Origin: Amoebidium appalachense
Taxonomy: Eukaryota > Protista > Ichthyosporea
Assembly (NCBI GenBank): GCA_963693365.1
Contig: CAVNZM010000016.1
Location: forward strand, 219,341-283,340
Reading direction: 5' to 3'
DNA length: 64,000 nt
In this document: positions 1 to 17,987 of the stretch, one piece after another
Position numbering within the stretch: position 1 is the first letter of the stretch
Layout: every line of letters begins with the position of its first letter
Made by a program: the position numbers and the translations under genes
The notes under the pieces: generated by a model
Told to the model about the DNA's origin: nothing
What the model saw: only the letters and a program-made list of their open reading frames with translations
The model's database searches: none

Positions 1-87
1 TGGGTAACCTTTGGGTATGTGGTCATTTTTATGTGGTCGTGAGTGATGCAATGCTTTCCTCGTAAAAGAGGGAGGGGAGGTGTGTGT

Positions 88-133
<46 letters not shown>

Positions 134-418
134 CGCACAGGAGACAGTGGCGGAAGGGAGTGTGTTTATCAAAGGCAAAGCAAACGGGGAGGTGGGGTAA
201 TATGTGGTTCATACAGTTGGAACATGTGTGGGCCCAAGCATGCCAGCGCTCAGCAAATAGTGAGTGGATATGCACTGTGCCACAGACCCTGCAAACACAC
301 CAAATACAAAACACTATGCAACGCACAAATTGGGGGGGAAATATATATATTGTCAGCAACTCATGTTACAATTATTAACACTTTGCTTATTAACTGACAT
401 TTTTTCTTCCCCTTTCAG

Positions 419-5039
<4,621 letters not shown>

Positions 5040-5952
5040 TTGGTTGAAATTGGCTACTTACCCACCTTGGTATCATGCTGTCGTAAACGGTGAATGATGG
5101 CCGCCCGAGGGGGAGGGGGAGGGGCAGGAGGGGGGGGGCTGTTAGTTACGAATGTCTTATTTATGGACAAAATTAGGAATGTATGTCATATGTAACATGT
5201 AGAAGTAATCATAGTAGTGCAGATACGCTTTGCTGCATCATGAATAGCCTAACACTCCAAATGTCGCCCAACAAATGGTTGTCCAACGTGCCAAGTTAGC
5301 TTATATTCCCCCTCGCATTTTTTTCTTTTGTACTCTCGGTGTCAGGGGTTTAAGTATGATGAGGAAATAATGGATAAGCTATCAGCAGACGTGAACTAAT
5401 AGAAGAAGCGAGTGATAGATATGCCGATGCAGACGTTTTTTTGAACAATCCGCGTATGACTTGTTAAAAGAAATGTCTTATACTAGCGAACATCTCCGAA
5501 TGCCTCTTATTATAACATTAATCTGTACTACTGAAGACTTCGATAAATCTTTCTATTTTTCGTCGCGATATGTATATAGTCGTGTTGCAAATGGGTTTCC
5601 AGGACGTCTGATTTGAGATGTGGGTTGATCAATCTTGGATGATATAGATATACATGACGTAAATTGCATGCTGGTGGTGGTGCATGTTTTAGATTTCTGC
5701 AAAACCTGATTAGAAGGTACGTGTATCCTTTTACTAATGTGATATACAAATGCGGTTGCATGCAAGATATACTGTCAGCCTGTACACATCGGTTATAATT
5801 CTGTATACATATGGTATATCTCGATGGATATCCGGTGAAGCAATAAAAGCGACTAAAGCATCGTGCCTATGGCAATTCTATTAAATTAAAAGAAATCTTA
5901 AGCCCTTCCTGATTCGCCGATCTGAAAAAAGCAGGCAGAAAAGGTTGCACAT

Positions 5953-6313
<361 letters not shown>

Positions 6314-6834
6314 ACTGTGGACACGGTATGTGCAGATGCCATCCGATTCTGTGTGCCTGTGGACAGCACACTGTGTATATGCGCGTGTGCGTTTGTGCAC
6401 TCTAGCGAAGTATGTTCATACAGACGTGGGCATACATGGTGGTCACAGATGCCCCACTACCAAGCACATTGAGAAATAACAGTCATCCGTGCATAGTGTA
6501 TGAAGTGCCTTACACAACAGACTCGATGTCCCAAAGCCTATCCCACAATCGCAGTGAATACATCAAGCCCATGCATGCGCCCAGATCAGTGAAATTGGTC
6601 ATTCTTCGGGTGACTGCAAACACATAATTTAACGCACACCGGCATATTGACTATCTGTTGAACCACGGTATGTGTAACGAGTTTTCTAGGCCTGTGTATG
6701 ATTATTTAAGTCGTTATCTCCTCCGTGTCCGAGAGTGAGGGCTTTTGTATTTTTCTTCTCCGATATATCGGTGATATATCGATGGCTTCTATTTTGCTGA
6801 GCATATCAATAAAGTCATTATATAAAAAAAACAC

Positions 6835-7492
6835 TTTGTGCAAATGTCTGTGTGTACATTTGGATTTTGTGTTCGTTTGTCGTTGAGTGTGTGTGTGCTT
6901 GCACGTGTGTGTATCACAAGTTTGTGTGTGTGTTTGTGTGTGTGTGCCTGTGTGACGGTGCACGGTGTGTGTGTGTGTGCGTATCCCTCCAAGCCCTCCC
7001 CCCCCCCCCCCCCCCCCCCCCTTTCCCCCCCCTTCCCGTTCAACCGAGTCCCCCCCGTGTCCTGTGGGTCATCTTTATGGGCGGGGAGGTTTTTTAATTT
7101 TTTTTTAATTTTTTATTTACTTTTATTTTTATTTTATTTTATTTTATTTTATTTTTATTTTTTTTTATTTTTTTTTGGGGGGGGGGGGGGGGGGGGGGGG
7201 GAGGGGGGAGGGGGCTGTGCGAAAATGTGTGCATATGTCTGTGTGCACATTTGGATTTTGTGCTCGTTTGTCACTGTGTTTGTGTGTGTGGTACGTGTGT
7301 GTGTGCGGGTGTGTGTATTACAATGTATGTGTGTGTGTGTTTGACGTGTGTGTCCGTGTGACGGTGCACGGTGTGTGCGTCTCCCCCCCCCCCCCCCCCC
7401 CCCCCCCTCCCTCCCCCCTTCCCCTTTTCCCCTTCTGTATTGTTCACGGGCTCTTTTCGGGCAGGAGGTTTTTTTTTTTTGTGTGTGTGTGT

Positions 7493-7523
<31 letters not shown>

Positions 7524-7620
7524 CTGTGTGAAAATGTGTTCATATGTCTGTGTGTTCATTTGGATTTTGTGCTCGTTTGTCACTGGGTGTGTTTGTATGT
7601 GTGTGGTGTGTGTGTCGTGT
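6835..7620. repeat. Degenerate tandem repeat, ~300-390 bp unit, about 2.5 copies
   Basis: Block tgtctgtgtg(t/c)acatttggattttgtg(t/c)tcgtttgtc recurs at ~6845, ~7236 and ~7545; block gtgtgacggtgcacggtgtgtg+poly(C) recurs at ~6950, ~7356 and, as a variant, ~7917. Confidence 0.75.
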
Positions 7621-7941
7621 CCGGCTCGCGGTCGCTCTTTTGGGAGCTTGGCTTACTGTTACTATGTGGCGGGCTGGTGTACGTCATTGAAAGGCGCAAC
7701 CATTTATTGTGCCAGATCACCATTACCGGCAATCATTCCCCAGATGAACTGACCTACCGAATTGCTTTTATACCAAAGCAATTTCGTAGCCGTGATTGTG
7801 GGACAGGAATGCCATCCAGCCTCACCAATCAAAAACCAGATCGGTGAGCCACATAACAGTGTGTGTGTGTGCACATGTGTATCACAATGTGGGCGTGTGC
7901 GTTTCTCCGTGTCTCCGTGTCACGGTGCACGGTGTGTGTGT

Positions 7942-8019
<78 letters not shown>

Positions 8020-9311
8020 AGGTGTGTTTGTGTGTGTGTGGTGTGTGTGTGTGTGCACATGTGTATCACAATGTGGGCGTGTGCGTAGGGGAAATAAGAT
8101 AATCAAACCTACAGCCGAGAAACCTTAAGATTTTAGACCCTAAACCGTATTTACCTAGTCTCCAAGGCTATGTACCCATTGGCTTACATAAGTGGCGGGG
8201 CACTATTACGCAGCGGGACCAAAAAAAAAAAAAAAAAAAAAAAAAAGGCCGCAGGGAAGAGAGCACTCAGAGTGACTAGTATTTACCTGTTATCTTAAAA
8301 GTGAGTGACCCCTGTATAGAAACTCTTGATGTGTTGGGGTCTCAGCCAATCAAACCATTATATATGAGTAACGAATTGGAAATTACTATACTTTATTTAT
8401 TTATTTATTTTATTATTTTATTTTTTTATCGTAGAAAACAATAAAGAAGTAGGTATATGGACATCATGTGTGTACAAGTTCACAACACAAAACATAAAAG
8501 ACACTCGTTTTGCATCCGGCCAATCAGATGTGCCCGTGATACCCAGCCAATGAGTAGGTGTTTACACCTAATGCAGGGGTTCTATTGGTTTGGTCATTCA
8601 TACTTGCCATTTCTTTAACATGTATTTGTCGTCAGGTTAGACTTCAGAAACTACATCCATATATCGAAAACATATACACATACATTTACACTCATACGAA
8701 CTACTGTAAGCCTTTCACAGTGTGCCGACCTAATATGTTGCGACTATCTCGAGCACCAGCTTTCAGGATGTATTGTCTGCACACAAAAACAATCACCATC
8801 TAATTAGGAGAACCCATGCCTAGAAAGAAAACTCACCAAAATGACAAGACATTCGTAGGTCTATCACACAATGGATGTGTGAGAAAAAACACAAAGTTTT
8901 AATTCGAACATAGCTGTGTGTGTACATCTTTTCATTTTGTTTTCCGTATGTGTTTGTGTAAGGGAGGGGGGTTTTAGGCCAGGAAGAGATGAATGGCCCT
9001 CTGAAGATGCTCTTGGTCGGGGGCGCTGCTGATCAGATTGACAAGCTGTGAGGGGGTATCAATTAAGTGCGTAACTGCAGGGGGGGGGTCTCCCAGGTGA
9101 ATTTCATTGGTGAAAGGAAAACTACATGACCCTCAACAGCGTGAGTTGTGGAGTGTGAGAGCAGAGAGAAAGGGCGGCCGGGGGGGGGGGGGGGGGGGGG
9201 GGGACAGGGGAGACCGAGAGCGAATAAGTTGAAAGTGGGTGAGTTATAATGGCTAGCAGAACTGATGCAAACATGAATCAGGCCACAAAACATGGAGGAA
9301 GGCAGATAACA

Positions 9312-10520
9312 CTAAGCACCACAGTTCTCTCCGCTTTGCAAGGGCTGGAGAGGGGAGCAAGGGAGCAAGGGGAGGGAGGGGGACGGGGGGAGGAGCGGGG
9401 AGGGGAGGGAGGGAGAGTGATGGAGACGGATGGGAATGATACAAACAGGGGGGGGGGGGGGGGAGGTGGGTTTTTGGGGGAGGGAGGTCGCAAAAAAAGG
9501 GGGATAGGGGGGCGGGCGGGGCGGGGCGGAGGGGGGGGGGGGGGGGGGGGGAGGGGGGGTTTTGAATGCGTCAAAAAGTACGAAGTACACAAGAACAAAC
9601 GGATAACACGATGCAGAATGCAAGCCATACATAAAGAGTATGCATAATAAGCAGAGCCCATCCTCAGGGGGGGCCCACGTCATCCACAGTACCCGAGTTT
9701 CGACCTATTCCCCTCGTTAACGAAACCCAACTCAGATACTGTTTCACTTGAACATGAGTAGGTCACCCGTCTTGATCAGAGACGAGCAGGGGGGGGGGGG
9801 GGGAGGGGGGAGGGGCGGGTGTTGAGTTAAGGGGATGGTAGGGGGAAGGGTGGGCGGTGGTGGGGAGGTAATGGTGGGAGGATTGGAGCACGGGAGGGGA
9901 AAAGGGAGCTAAGGGGAGATGAGGAGGGGATTGGGTAGAGAAGGGGGGGGGGGGGGGGGAGGAAGGGGGGAAAGCACGCGCTTTGGGGGGGGGGGGGGGG
10001 GGGGGAAGGGGCGGGGGGAGCTGGTTGTATGAAGGGAACACATACCGTTGCCGGTGCACACCTAACCCTGAGTGTATCCTCCCTCCTCTGGCCCTGTATG
10101 GGCCCCATTGTGGGGGGGTTTATTGGGGGGGTCCTATCCTCCTCCACGGCCATGGATATAAAATCCTGCCCTACCTCGGGGTGGAGGTGGGTGTCTAGTG
10201 CTAGAACAGTGCTTTGGAGCTGCCGGGGGGGGGGGGGAGGGGAAGAGGTGGGGGAGGGAGGGGGGGGGGGGGGGGGGGGAGGGGGTTAAAATGTGCTAAA
10301 AAGTATGAAGAACAGGGGTGTGAACGACAACACAATGCAGGTTTTGTAAAGAAAATGCAAAGTGTATGCAGGATGTGTCATAAGTAGAGCCCATCCTCGG
10401 AAAGGAAAAGGGGGAAGGGGCGGGGGGCGGGGGGAGGGGGGAGGGAAGGGTTGATTGCGTGTTGAGATACGAGAGAGCGACTGGGGGTGAAAATGTGTGT
10501 GTGGATCATGATGTGTGTAT

Positions 10521-10551
<31 letters not shown>

Positions 10552-13123
10552 GGAGGGTTTGAGTTGTGTGTGTGTGGGGGGGGGGGGGGGGGGGGGGGTT
10601 GGTGGAGATGTTAGAAAGAGAGAGGGTAGAAAGTGCAAGTTGACAACACACAGATATGCAACACACGACACAGTGTGATGGAGGTATGTAGCACAAGTTC
10701 TGTGTATGCTCTGCCTGTGTGTATATGTATGTGCCTGTGTGTGTGTGTGTCTGCCTAGTCGTCTCTTTGTGTGCTTGCGTCTACTTGAGTCCTTCTCTGT
10801 GCCTCTCTGTGTCTCCTTGTTTGTCTGTTTCTCTGCCTATCTGCTTGTGTGTCTCTTTCTGTGTCTCTAACTTGATTGTCTGCCTGTTTCTGTCTCCCTG
10901 TGTGTGCGTGTGTGTGCCTGCCTGTCCCTCTCCCTCTGTGTGTGTCAGAGTATCTGCCCGTCTCTCTGTGTGCTATGTGCATATGGGGGGGTATTGTCAC
11001 AGCACCCACCTCTCTAGCACACCGCATGGAGCTAAACTGCATCAGAATGCCTCCAAACGGCTGCTCCTCAATGTTCAGCTCTGCAGCATAGAGAAATTAG
11101 ATTATTGCAGATCGCACAAGATCATCTCTGATCGAATAAGACCAACTCGGACCAACTCAGATTGAGCAAAATTAGAGCTCAGATCATGTATTAACACATC
11201 AACCCAACCCAAATTGAATCAGATCGGATCAGATCGTGCTCACATCGAACAACATCGGCTCAAATCAACTAAGATATAGCAAGATCGGACAGTTAGCAGA
11301 TGGCCAAATTAAAACTTCTGACACGTGTGAACCACCACCCATGTCCTCACACAGATACAAGCAAGGGAATACTCCTGCACTATTGCTCGCTATCATAATG
11401 CATCGGGGGAGGGGTGGGGTAGGGGGGGGGGGGGGGGGGGGGAGAACACAAGCATGGCAAAGTAGGAAAGGCGACAATCAAAAGAAACCTGGCAGAATTG
11501 AATCGGAACAACGAGGAGAATTCGGGGGGGACGGGGGGGACGGGGGGGAAGGGGGGGTGGCCCGGGTTGCTCGAGTTACCTTCGGTAGGTTTCTGTGGCT
11601 GTGGTTGTTGTGTGAGGGCTGGCGTGGTGGGGGCGGTAGGAATGGGTCGCTGGGTGGTTGGCGGGGTGGGTGGGGGGGCTGGTTTAGTGGTGGCTGGCTG
11701 GGTGGTGGTGGGTGTGGGGGTCGGCCTGAAAATAGAAAGTAGGTTTGTTAGTGTTTGGAAGAGGAGGAGTGGGGTGTGTGAAGGGGGGGGGGAAGGGGGG
11801 GGGGGGGGGGGGGGGGGGAGCTTGAGAGGTGACTTGTTTCTTATACACCACATCTGGCCACATAGTGATAACGCTCAGAGGATTCCATTTTGGTCAATCC
11901 GCTCAAGCCGTTTTTGAGAAGAGGGCCACAGAAATCGGATTTAGCGCAGAGTTATGGCTTGCACAAAGCGGCATCTGCGTATGCTATATAATATATATTT
12001 CTTGCACAACAACAGCCAAACAAAACCGCAAAAACATAAAAAAAGTGGTTTGCATTCAATTATGTAAAAATAACTTGGTTATTGGATGTTTGTTTTCTCC
12101 CTCTGAATGCGATGGCGGTGCAGCTTCAAGGTAAGATTTATTGCCACACTCTTGCTTAAACGAATCAGATGGAGCTGGCTCACGGGTTTGATCGATAGAT
12201 TGGGCCTTGTTGGGAATCGGATTATTTTAGGTTATATCTCTTGATTGGGCCCGCAATTCCCTCTCGAAGGATTGAAGCTATTTGATTGGGCCCGCAATTC
12301 CCTCCCCCCAAAAGTTGTTATCACTAGTTGGCCCTATGTAGCAGAGAGCCTAAATGTGTTGAGGCTCATTCTCCCCTGTCAGCATTGAGTGTAAACCCCC
12401 GCTGCAAGCCACGTGTATGCGTTATAAGCAGAGCCCATCCTCAGGGAGGGAACAAGGGGGAGGGGGGAGGGGGCGGGGGGGGGGGGGGGGGGGGGGGTGG
12501 TTACACACGTTGTACTCCGTGCCACGGCCATGTCCACTTTTGCCTTCTTAGCCACATGTTCCACTTTCGCCTTCTCCGCCGCTCTAGCAGCTTCCCTCTC
12601 GTTCCTCTCTATCTCCCTTGCCACGAGCTCATGATAAGATCTATGCGCCATCTTACACGAGGACCCACTAGGGCAGGTGTGGTTGCAATAGAAGGACGGA
12701 CAGTCCTTGCCCGCGTGGAAGTGGGGGCAGGTCGTGTTTGATTGGCTGCAGGTCTTGGTGGCCTGCCACGTGGGGCATTGCGGGTTGGGGGGTACCGTGA
12801 GCTTGGTGGCTGTATGTGTGTGTTTGGGGGGGGGGGGGGGGGGGGGGGGGGGGAGGGGAAGGGGGAATGGGGGGAGGGGGGGAGGGGGAAAGGGCGGGTG
12901 GGTGGTGGTGGGGGGAGAAGGTGTGGGTGGTGGGTAAGTGTGTGGGCGTGGGGTGGCGGGAGGATGGGTGGATGGGGGGAGGGGGGGGGGGGGGGGGAGG
13001 GGGGGAAAGGGGGGGGGAAGGGGGAAGGGTGGGCAAAAGGGGAAGGTGTTAGAATGTGTTACAGAGTACAAGAACCATAATCAAGAACGGATACCACAAT
13101 GCATACTCCGTAAGCATCATACG

Positions 13124-13163
<40 letters not shown>

Positions 13164-13626
13164 ATCCCGCTCAGGGAACGAAGAATGCAGGGGCGAAGGT
13201 GAAGCAACCAAAGGTAGAGGGGAAAGTGGCAGGGGGCCATTTTAAAGACAGACCGGGGCGTGTAATGTTTGCAGGGGGGGGGGGGGGGGGTGGGTGGTAT
13301 GATGGCATAAAAGGGTGAGGAGGGAGGCAAACACATGATATAACCTGGGAAAGGCCCCGGGGAGGGAGGGGGCGGGGGGGGGGGGGGGGGGGGGGATGGA
13401 ACATAGAACTTGTGGCAAAGGTTTCCCCACTGCAAGTGCACAGTTGCACTTTGCACAAATGAGGGTTATGTCCTTCTCCCTGTCACGAAAAATAGGTCTA
13501 CCCCTTACCACCCCCCCCCCCCCCCCCTCCCCCCTCTTCCCCCCCTCCCCCCCCTTCTCCCCGCCCCCTGAGCCTTTCTGGCCCCCTTCACTCTTCCTGT
13601 CCCCCTCCCTCCTTGCCATCACACGT

Positions 13627-13692
<66 letters not shown>

Positions 13693-15096
13693 ACACACAT
13701 ACACACACAATCACCGACACACACGCTCTCTCTCTCTCTCTTTCTCTTCTCCCTCCCCTCCACCCACCCACCCACCCACCCACCCACCCACCCACCCACC
13801 CACCCACCCACCCACCCACCCACCCACCCACCCACCCACCCACCCACCCACCCACCCACCCACACACCCACCAACTCCCCCTCCCTCCCCCCTCCCTCCC
13901 CCCTCCCCCCGCCCCCCCCCCACCCACGCACACACCTATCTTCACTGCCTTTGACGCTGCCAAAGGTGCCCCGACCGATTGCACCCCACGTTGAACAGTG
14001 GCCGGGAGGGGGGCCGGAGGGGGCGGTGGTGGTGGTGGTGGTGGGAAGGCGACGATGGGTGGGGCGTAGAGGGTCGGGGGGAGCCATGGTATATGCGGAC
14101 CTGTAAAGGAGGGGGGGGGGGGGGGGGGGGGGGGGAGAGAGGGGGGGGGGTGAGAGGGGGGGGTGGAGGGGGTGGGGGGAGGGGTGAGAGAGGGGGGAAA
14201 GGGGAAGGGGGGAGGGTTAGAAACTGTCATAGAGTACGAAGCTCATTTTCCTAACGTGCAGAGTGCAAACCACACAGAGAGTATGTGCATAATAGGCAGA
14301 ACCCATCTTCAGGGGGGACACAAGTCATACACAGTTACCATGTAAGGACCCATTCATTGCGTCAGACGAAACCCAACTCAAATACTGCTTGACTTCGACA
14401 TAGATGGGTCGGGGGGGGGGGGGGGGGGGGGGTAGGATGTGTATAGTCTAATACAAAAATGTGGGGAAGTTGAGTGAAATAAAATCAAAATTAAAAAATT
14501 TAAAGGTTGACATAAGGTGGTAAAACCTTGTTGTGGGGAATATGTGTGTGTGTGGGGGGTTATAGTGCTTTTAGAGGAAATCAAAGAGAGCAACACAACA
14601 GAAATGGTAAGAAGGTGAGTATACGAACCAAGAAAGCACCATTAGGAGACTGTGAAGGGCGTGGCGGGGGAAGGGGGGGAAGGGGGGGGGGGGGGGGGGG
14701 AGGTTCCGAAAAACGAGGAGTCAAAAGCACAGCCCTGTGTGTGTGTGTACATACATTATTCGGCCTCAGCGGGTGGGCGGGGGGAGGGAAGGGGGGGGGG
14801 GGGGGAGGGAGGGGGGTTCTTACTGCATGGGGGGATCCACAGGGGGGGGAATGAATGGGATTGGGGGCTGCTGTGGTTGATGGGGGGGGAGGGCTGGCTG
14901 GAGGCCAAATGTGGTGGGTGGGGGGGCAGAGTTGGCGGCCATAAGAACTGGGTCATAGCCATCCCTGTTTGGGGGGGGGGGGGGGGGTGGGGGGGTGGGA
15001 GGGGAAGGGGAGAGGAAGAAGGGGAAGCGGGGGAGTTGGGGGAGGAGGGGGGAAGACGAGGGGGAGGAAGAGGGGGAACGGGAAGAATGTGTGTGT

Positions 15097-15144
<48 letters not shown>

Positions 15145-17862
15145 GGGGTCCTTAGATGTGTTACACGGAGAAAGTAGATAATCATGACAGGCAAGACCAA
15201 TGCAGATGCCAATGCAGAAGGGGGAATACATCAAAGGAGGGGGAGGGGGGGGGGGGGGGGGGGGGATTAGGATGTGGTAAAGAGTGTGAAGTGCCGTGTC
15301 ATGATGGATAACATAACACATGTTGCGAAAAACAACAGAGAATGCATCATAAGAAGGGGAAGGGGGGTGGGGGGGGGGAGGAAGCGGGGTTGGGGGGAGG
15401 GGGGGGGGTGTGTTAGCTAATTTCACCTGTGCATAATTGCTACTATCAAGTGCGGGTGCAAGGAAAATATGGCGTGTGAAAGCAAATAACGTGTGTTCTT
15501 AAGAGGAACACACGTATAAATGCCGGAGATTTGCTTCTGTGTGTGTTGGAGAAGGGGAGAAGAGGGGGGGAGGGGGGGAAGGGGGGGGGGGGGGGGGGGG
15601 GTCATTGAGGTACAAAGCATGCTAGCTATGAGTGAAAGCAAAAACCCCAGAGTTCACTTCAACAATCTGACCCCCCCCCAGGACTCGTGCGCACTCACCT
15701 GAGTGGGTCGTATCCCTGCTGGGCAGGAGTAAGGGGTCTCTCCGTGTAAACCCCCTGAGGCTGAAAATTCATTTCATGTTGCCAAAATTGGTCCTGTGGC
15801 GGTGGGCCACCCCAGTCCTGCTGTGGAGGCGGCTGGAAATTTTGCTGGGGCTCATTTCCGTAAAACCCCCACTCGTTCCCCCCCTGGTAGTACTCGACTG
15901 GCCCATTGAAACCCCCCTGAGGGGGGGCTTGGGGTGGTGCGGCGTTGAAATTTTGAAAATGGGACCCAGGTCGGTCTGTACGTAATATAGGGTGAGGTGT
16001 GAGGGGTCAGAGGACGCCTGAAAAAGCTATAAATTGTGAGGAAATGGGACCGGCCGGAGGCTGGGGGGGGGGGGGGGGGGGGGGATTATCCCCACTGTGC
16101 GTGTCGTGGGTGGTTGATGCACGTGCAAAGGGGCTGGGTAGTGAGTGTGGGGGGCTGGGGGGGGGGGGGTTGGAGTGGGTGAGAGGGAAGGGGAAGGGGG
16201 GGGGGGGGGGGGGGGTTGCATTGACACTTTCATCCCTCGTCAGGTTTTAGCACCCAAAAAATAAAAGCAAACCGAGATATATCCTGGAAATAGACCCCAT
16301 ATTGGCTGAGAGAAAGCAAAAAGGAGCAGTGGAAAGGGGGGGGGGGGGGGGGGGGGGGGGGGGGTGAGTGTGTGGGGGAGGGGAGAAGGGGTTTGAAAGG
16401 GGGGGGGGGGGGGGGAGGGAGGACGGGGGGGAGGGGTTGGAGGTCTGGGATAGGATGAGTTTCAGAAAGAGTGAAATTTGAAGGCGAAACTGCATCCGTT
16501 CATGCCCACTGAAAAGTGTGTCCTTTACCGTCAAGCAACGAATTCCGGCAGGGGGGGGGGGCTCAATACCGTCTATGAGGGGGTCATTGGGGTCACGTGC
16601 GTAACTGGCAGGGTGCTTGTACTTGCACCTCACCCCGTGGGTCACATAATAGTCGCACGTGCCCCGATTATTCCAGCGGTAGCATATGTCCTTGGTGTCT
16701 CCAACCTGGGGGGGGGGGGGGGGGGGGGTGGACAACGGGGAGGGGAGGAGGGGGGGGGGGGGGGGGGGGGATGTATGCGTTAAGGTTGGAAATATGGAGG
16801 AGACAACAACGAGCATCAACAAAACGTCACAAAAGTGGGAAATCCAAAATCAAACAATTTAAGCGTGCAGGCAGGAGACACCTGAACAGAGCCCATCATC
16901 AGGGAGGTTCCTATGCCTCCACAAAAGCATGGGTTTCGACTCTTTAACCTCTCGCGTGTGGTTCCCAGCCCATACTTTGTTTCAACAGCAGTAGGCGAGT
17001 CCACCCGTCTTGGCCAAAGACGAGCAGGGTTGTTCAAGGAGCAGCCGGGAAGATTGACAGGGCAGGGGAGGGAGGGGGGGAGGGGGGAGAGGGGGGGGGG
17101 AGGGGGGGGGGGGGGATAAGATAACCATTCGACATAAGACCTAACGCAGGGGGGGGGGGGGGGGGGGAGAAGGGAAGGGCAGGAGGGGGGAAGGGTAGGG
17201 GGGGGAGAAGGGGGGGGAGGGGGGAAGAATGGGGAGGGGGGGGGGGGGGGATACCATACCATTCAAGGAAGATTATGGGGGTGAGCAAAGCAGTTTAAAA
17301 ATGTTAAAGATGGTGAAGGGACCGCCATAGCCATATCAGACATTGCAATGTATAAGTGAGCAGAGTGAGAAAATCGAGTGGGTAGGCCCAATGGCCGTAA
17401 GTATGAACATGGGGAGGGGAATGGTAGCAAGGGACTGACCTAAAGTGAGCTCGATATAAAAAGAGACGGACCGTTTGAATGACGAGGGCAGGTGGTTGGA
17501 GCATATGCGCGCAAGGCCGAGAGAGTGGTTGGGGAGGGGGGAGGTGCTTTGGACAAAAAATAGACAAAGGGAATTTAGGGGGCAGGTTGGGGGAGGGGGG
17601 GGGGGAGGGGTGCAAAGAGAAGTGATGAGCGAGCGGCGGAGTGGGGGGAGGGGGGAGGGGGGGGGGGGGGGGGGGGGGGAGGCCTTCGGAAGGTGGAAGG
17701 TGTAGGGGGCGGTGTGGGTCGCATGAGGGCAGAGGGAGGGAGAGGGGGGGGGGGGGGGGGGGGGAGAAGGGGGGGGGAGGGAGAGCAGAGAGCTGTCCAC
17801 TGTGGCAAGCGGTAAGTGTAAGGGTGTGTCAGGGAAAAGATTGTGCGGGGGAGGGCACCGGA

Positions 17863-17895
<33 letters not shown>

Positions 17896-17987
17896 GGGGG
17901 AGGAGGAAGAGGGGAGAGGTGGGGAGGGGGAGGGGGGGGGGAGGGGGGGGAGAAACATACCCCCTTTGTCGCGTAATTGCTTGCCAT
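9312..17987 (-). CDS. Multi-exon CCCH zinc-finger protein (3 CCCH fingers, Pro/Gln/Thr-rich linkers), probable RNA-binding protein
   Basis: Minus-strand exons 17987-17961 (MASNYATKG|gtatgt), 16705-16570 (CYRWNNRGTCDYYVTHGVRCKYKH), 15975-15699, 14964-14824, 14100-13936, 12809-12509 (CPTWQATKTCSQSNTTCPHFH and CPSFYCNHTCPSGSSCKMAH), 11725-11580, 11080-11010, 10219-10046, then a tentative last exon 9344-9312. Phases match except at one junction near 14824/14100 (likely a homopolymer error or a missed exon). The 3' end is uncertain. Confidence 0.75.
9561..9792 (-). mobile_element. Structured intronic repeat element, near-complete copy (hammerhead-like motifs)
   Basis: Minus strand reads CCCTGCTCGTCTCTGATCAAGACGGGTGACCTA...CAGTATCTGAGTTGGG...TAGGTCGAAACTCGGGTACTG...CCCTGAGGATGGGCTCTGCTTA...GCATTCAAAA+poly(C); homologous to the copies at 14217, 16771, 22250 and 51772. 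Confidence 0.75.
14217..14410 (-). mobile_element. Structured intronic repeat element, degenerate copy
   Basis: Minus strand GACCCAT...CAGTATTTGAGTTGGGTTTCG...ATGGGTC...CCCTGAAGATGGGTTCTGCC...TTTCTAAC+poly(C); the GAAAC motif is lost in this copy. Confidence 0.7.
16771..17032 (-). mobile_element. Structured intronic repeat element, divergent copy
   Basis: Minus strand CAACCCTGCTCGTCTTTGGCCAAGACGGGTGGACTC...AAAGTATGGG...GAGTCGAAACCCATGCTTT...CCCTGATGATGGGCTCTG; lies in intron 1 of the CCCH gene. Confidence 0.7.

Noticed and set aside
7630-7850. Unique-sequence island; minus strand reads VRLDGIPVP...KLL.GI, weakly like a LINE RT thumb region
   Set aside because: It needs frameshifts and is too short to call; may be a decayed TE fragment.
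9983-10198. Plus-strand YKILPYLGV resembling the RT YKYLG motif
   Set aside because: It is the antisense of an in-phase exon of the CCCH gene and has no other RT motifs.
15425-15537. Possible extra minus-strand exon (cacag|...CAG|gtgaaa) in the CCCH gene
   Set aside because: It contains a stop in the required phase, and the flanking exons already join in frame (GYDPLR-DGYDPV).
16925-16945. GGGTTTCGACTC as a tRNA/SINE B-box
   Set aside because: It is the reverse complement of the element's GUCGAAAC motif; no A-box or cloverleaf was found.
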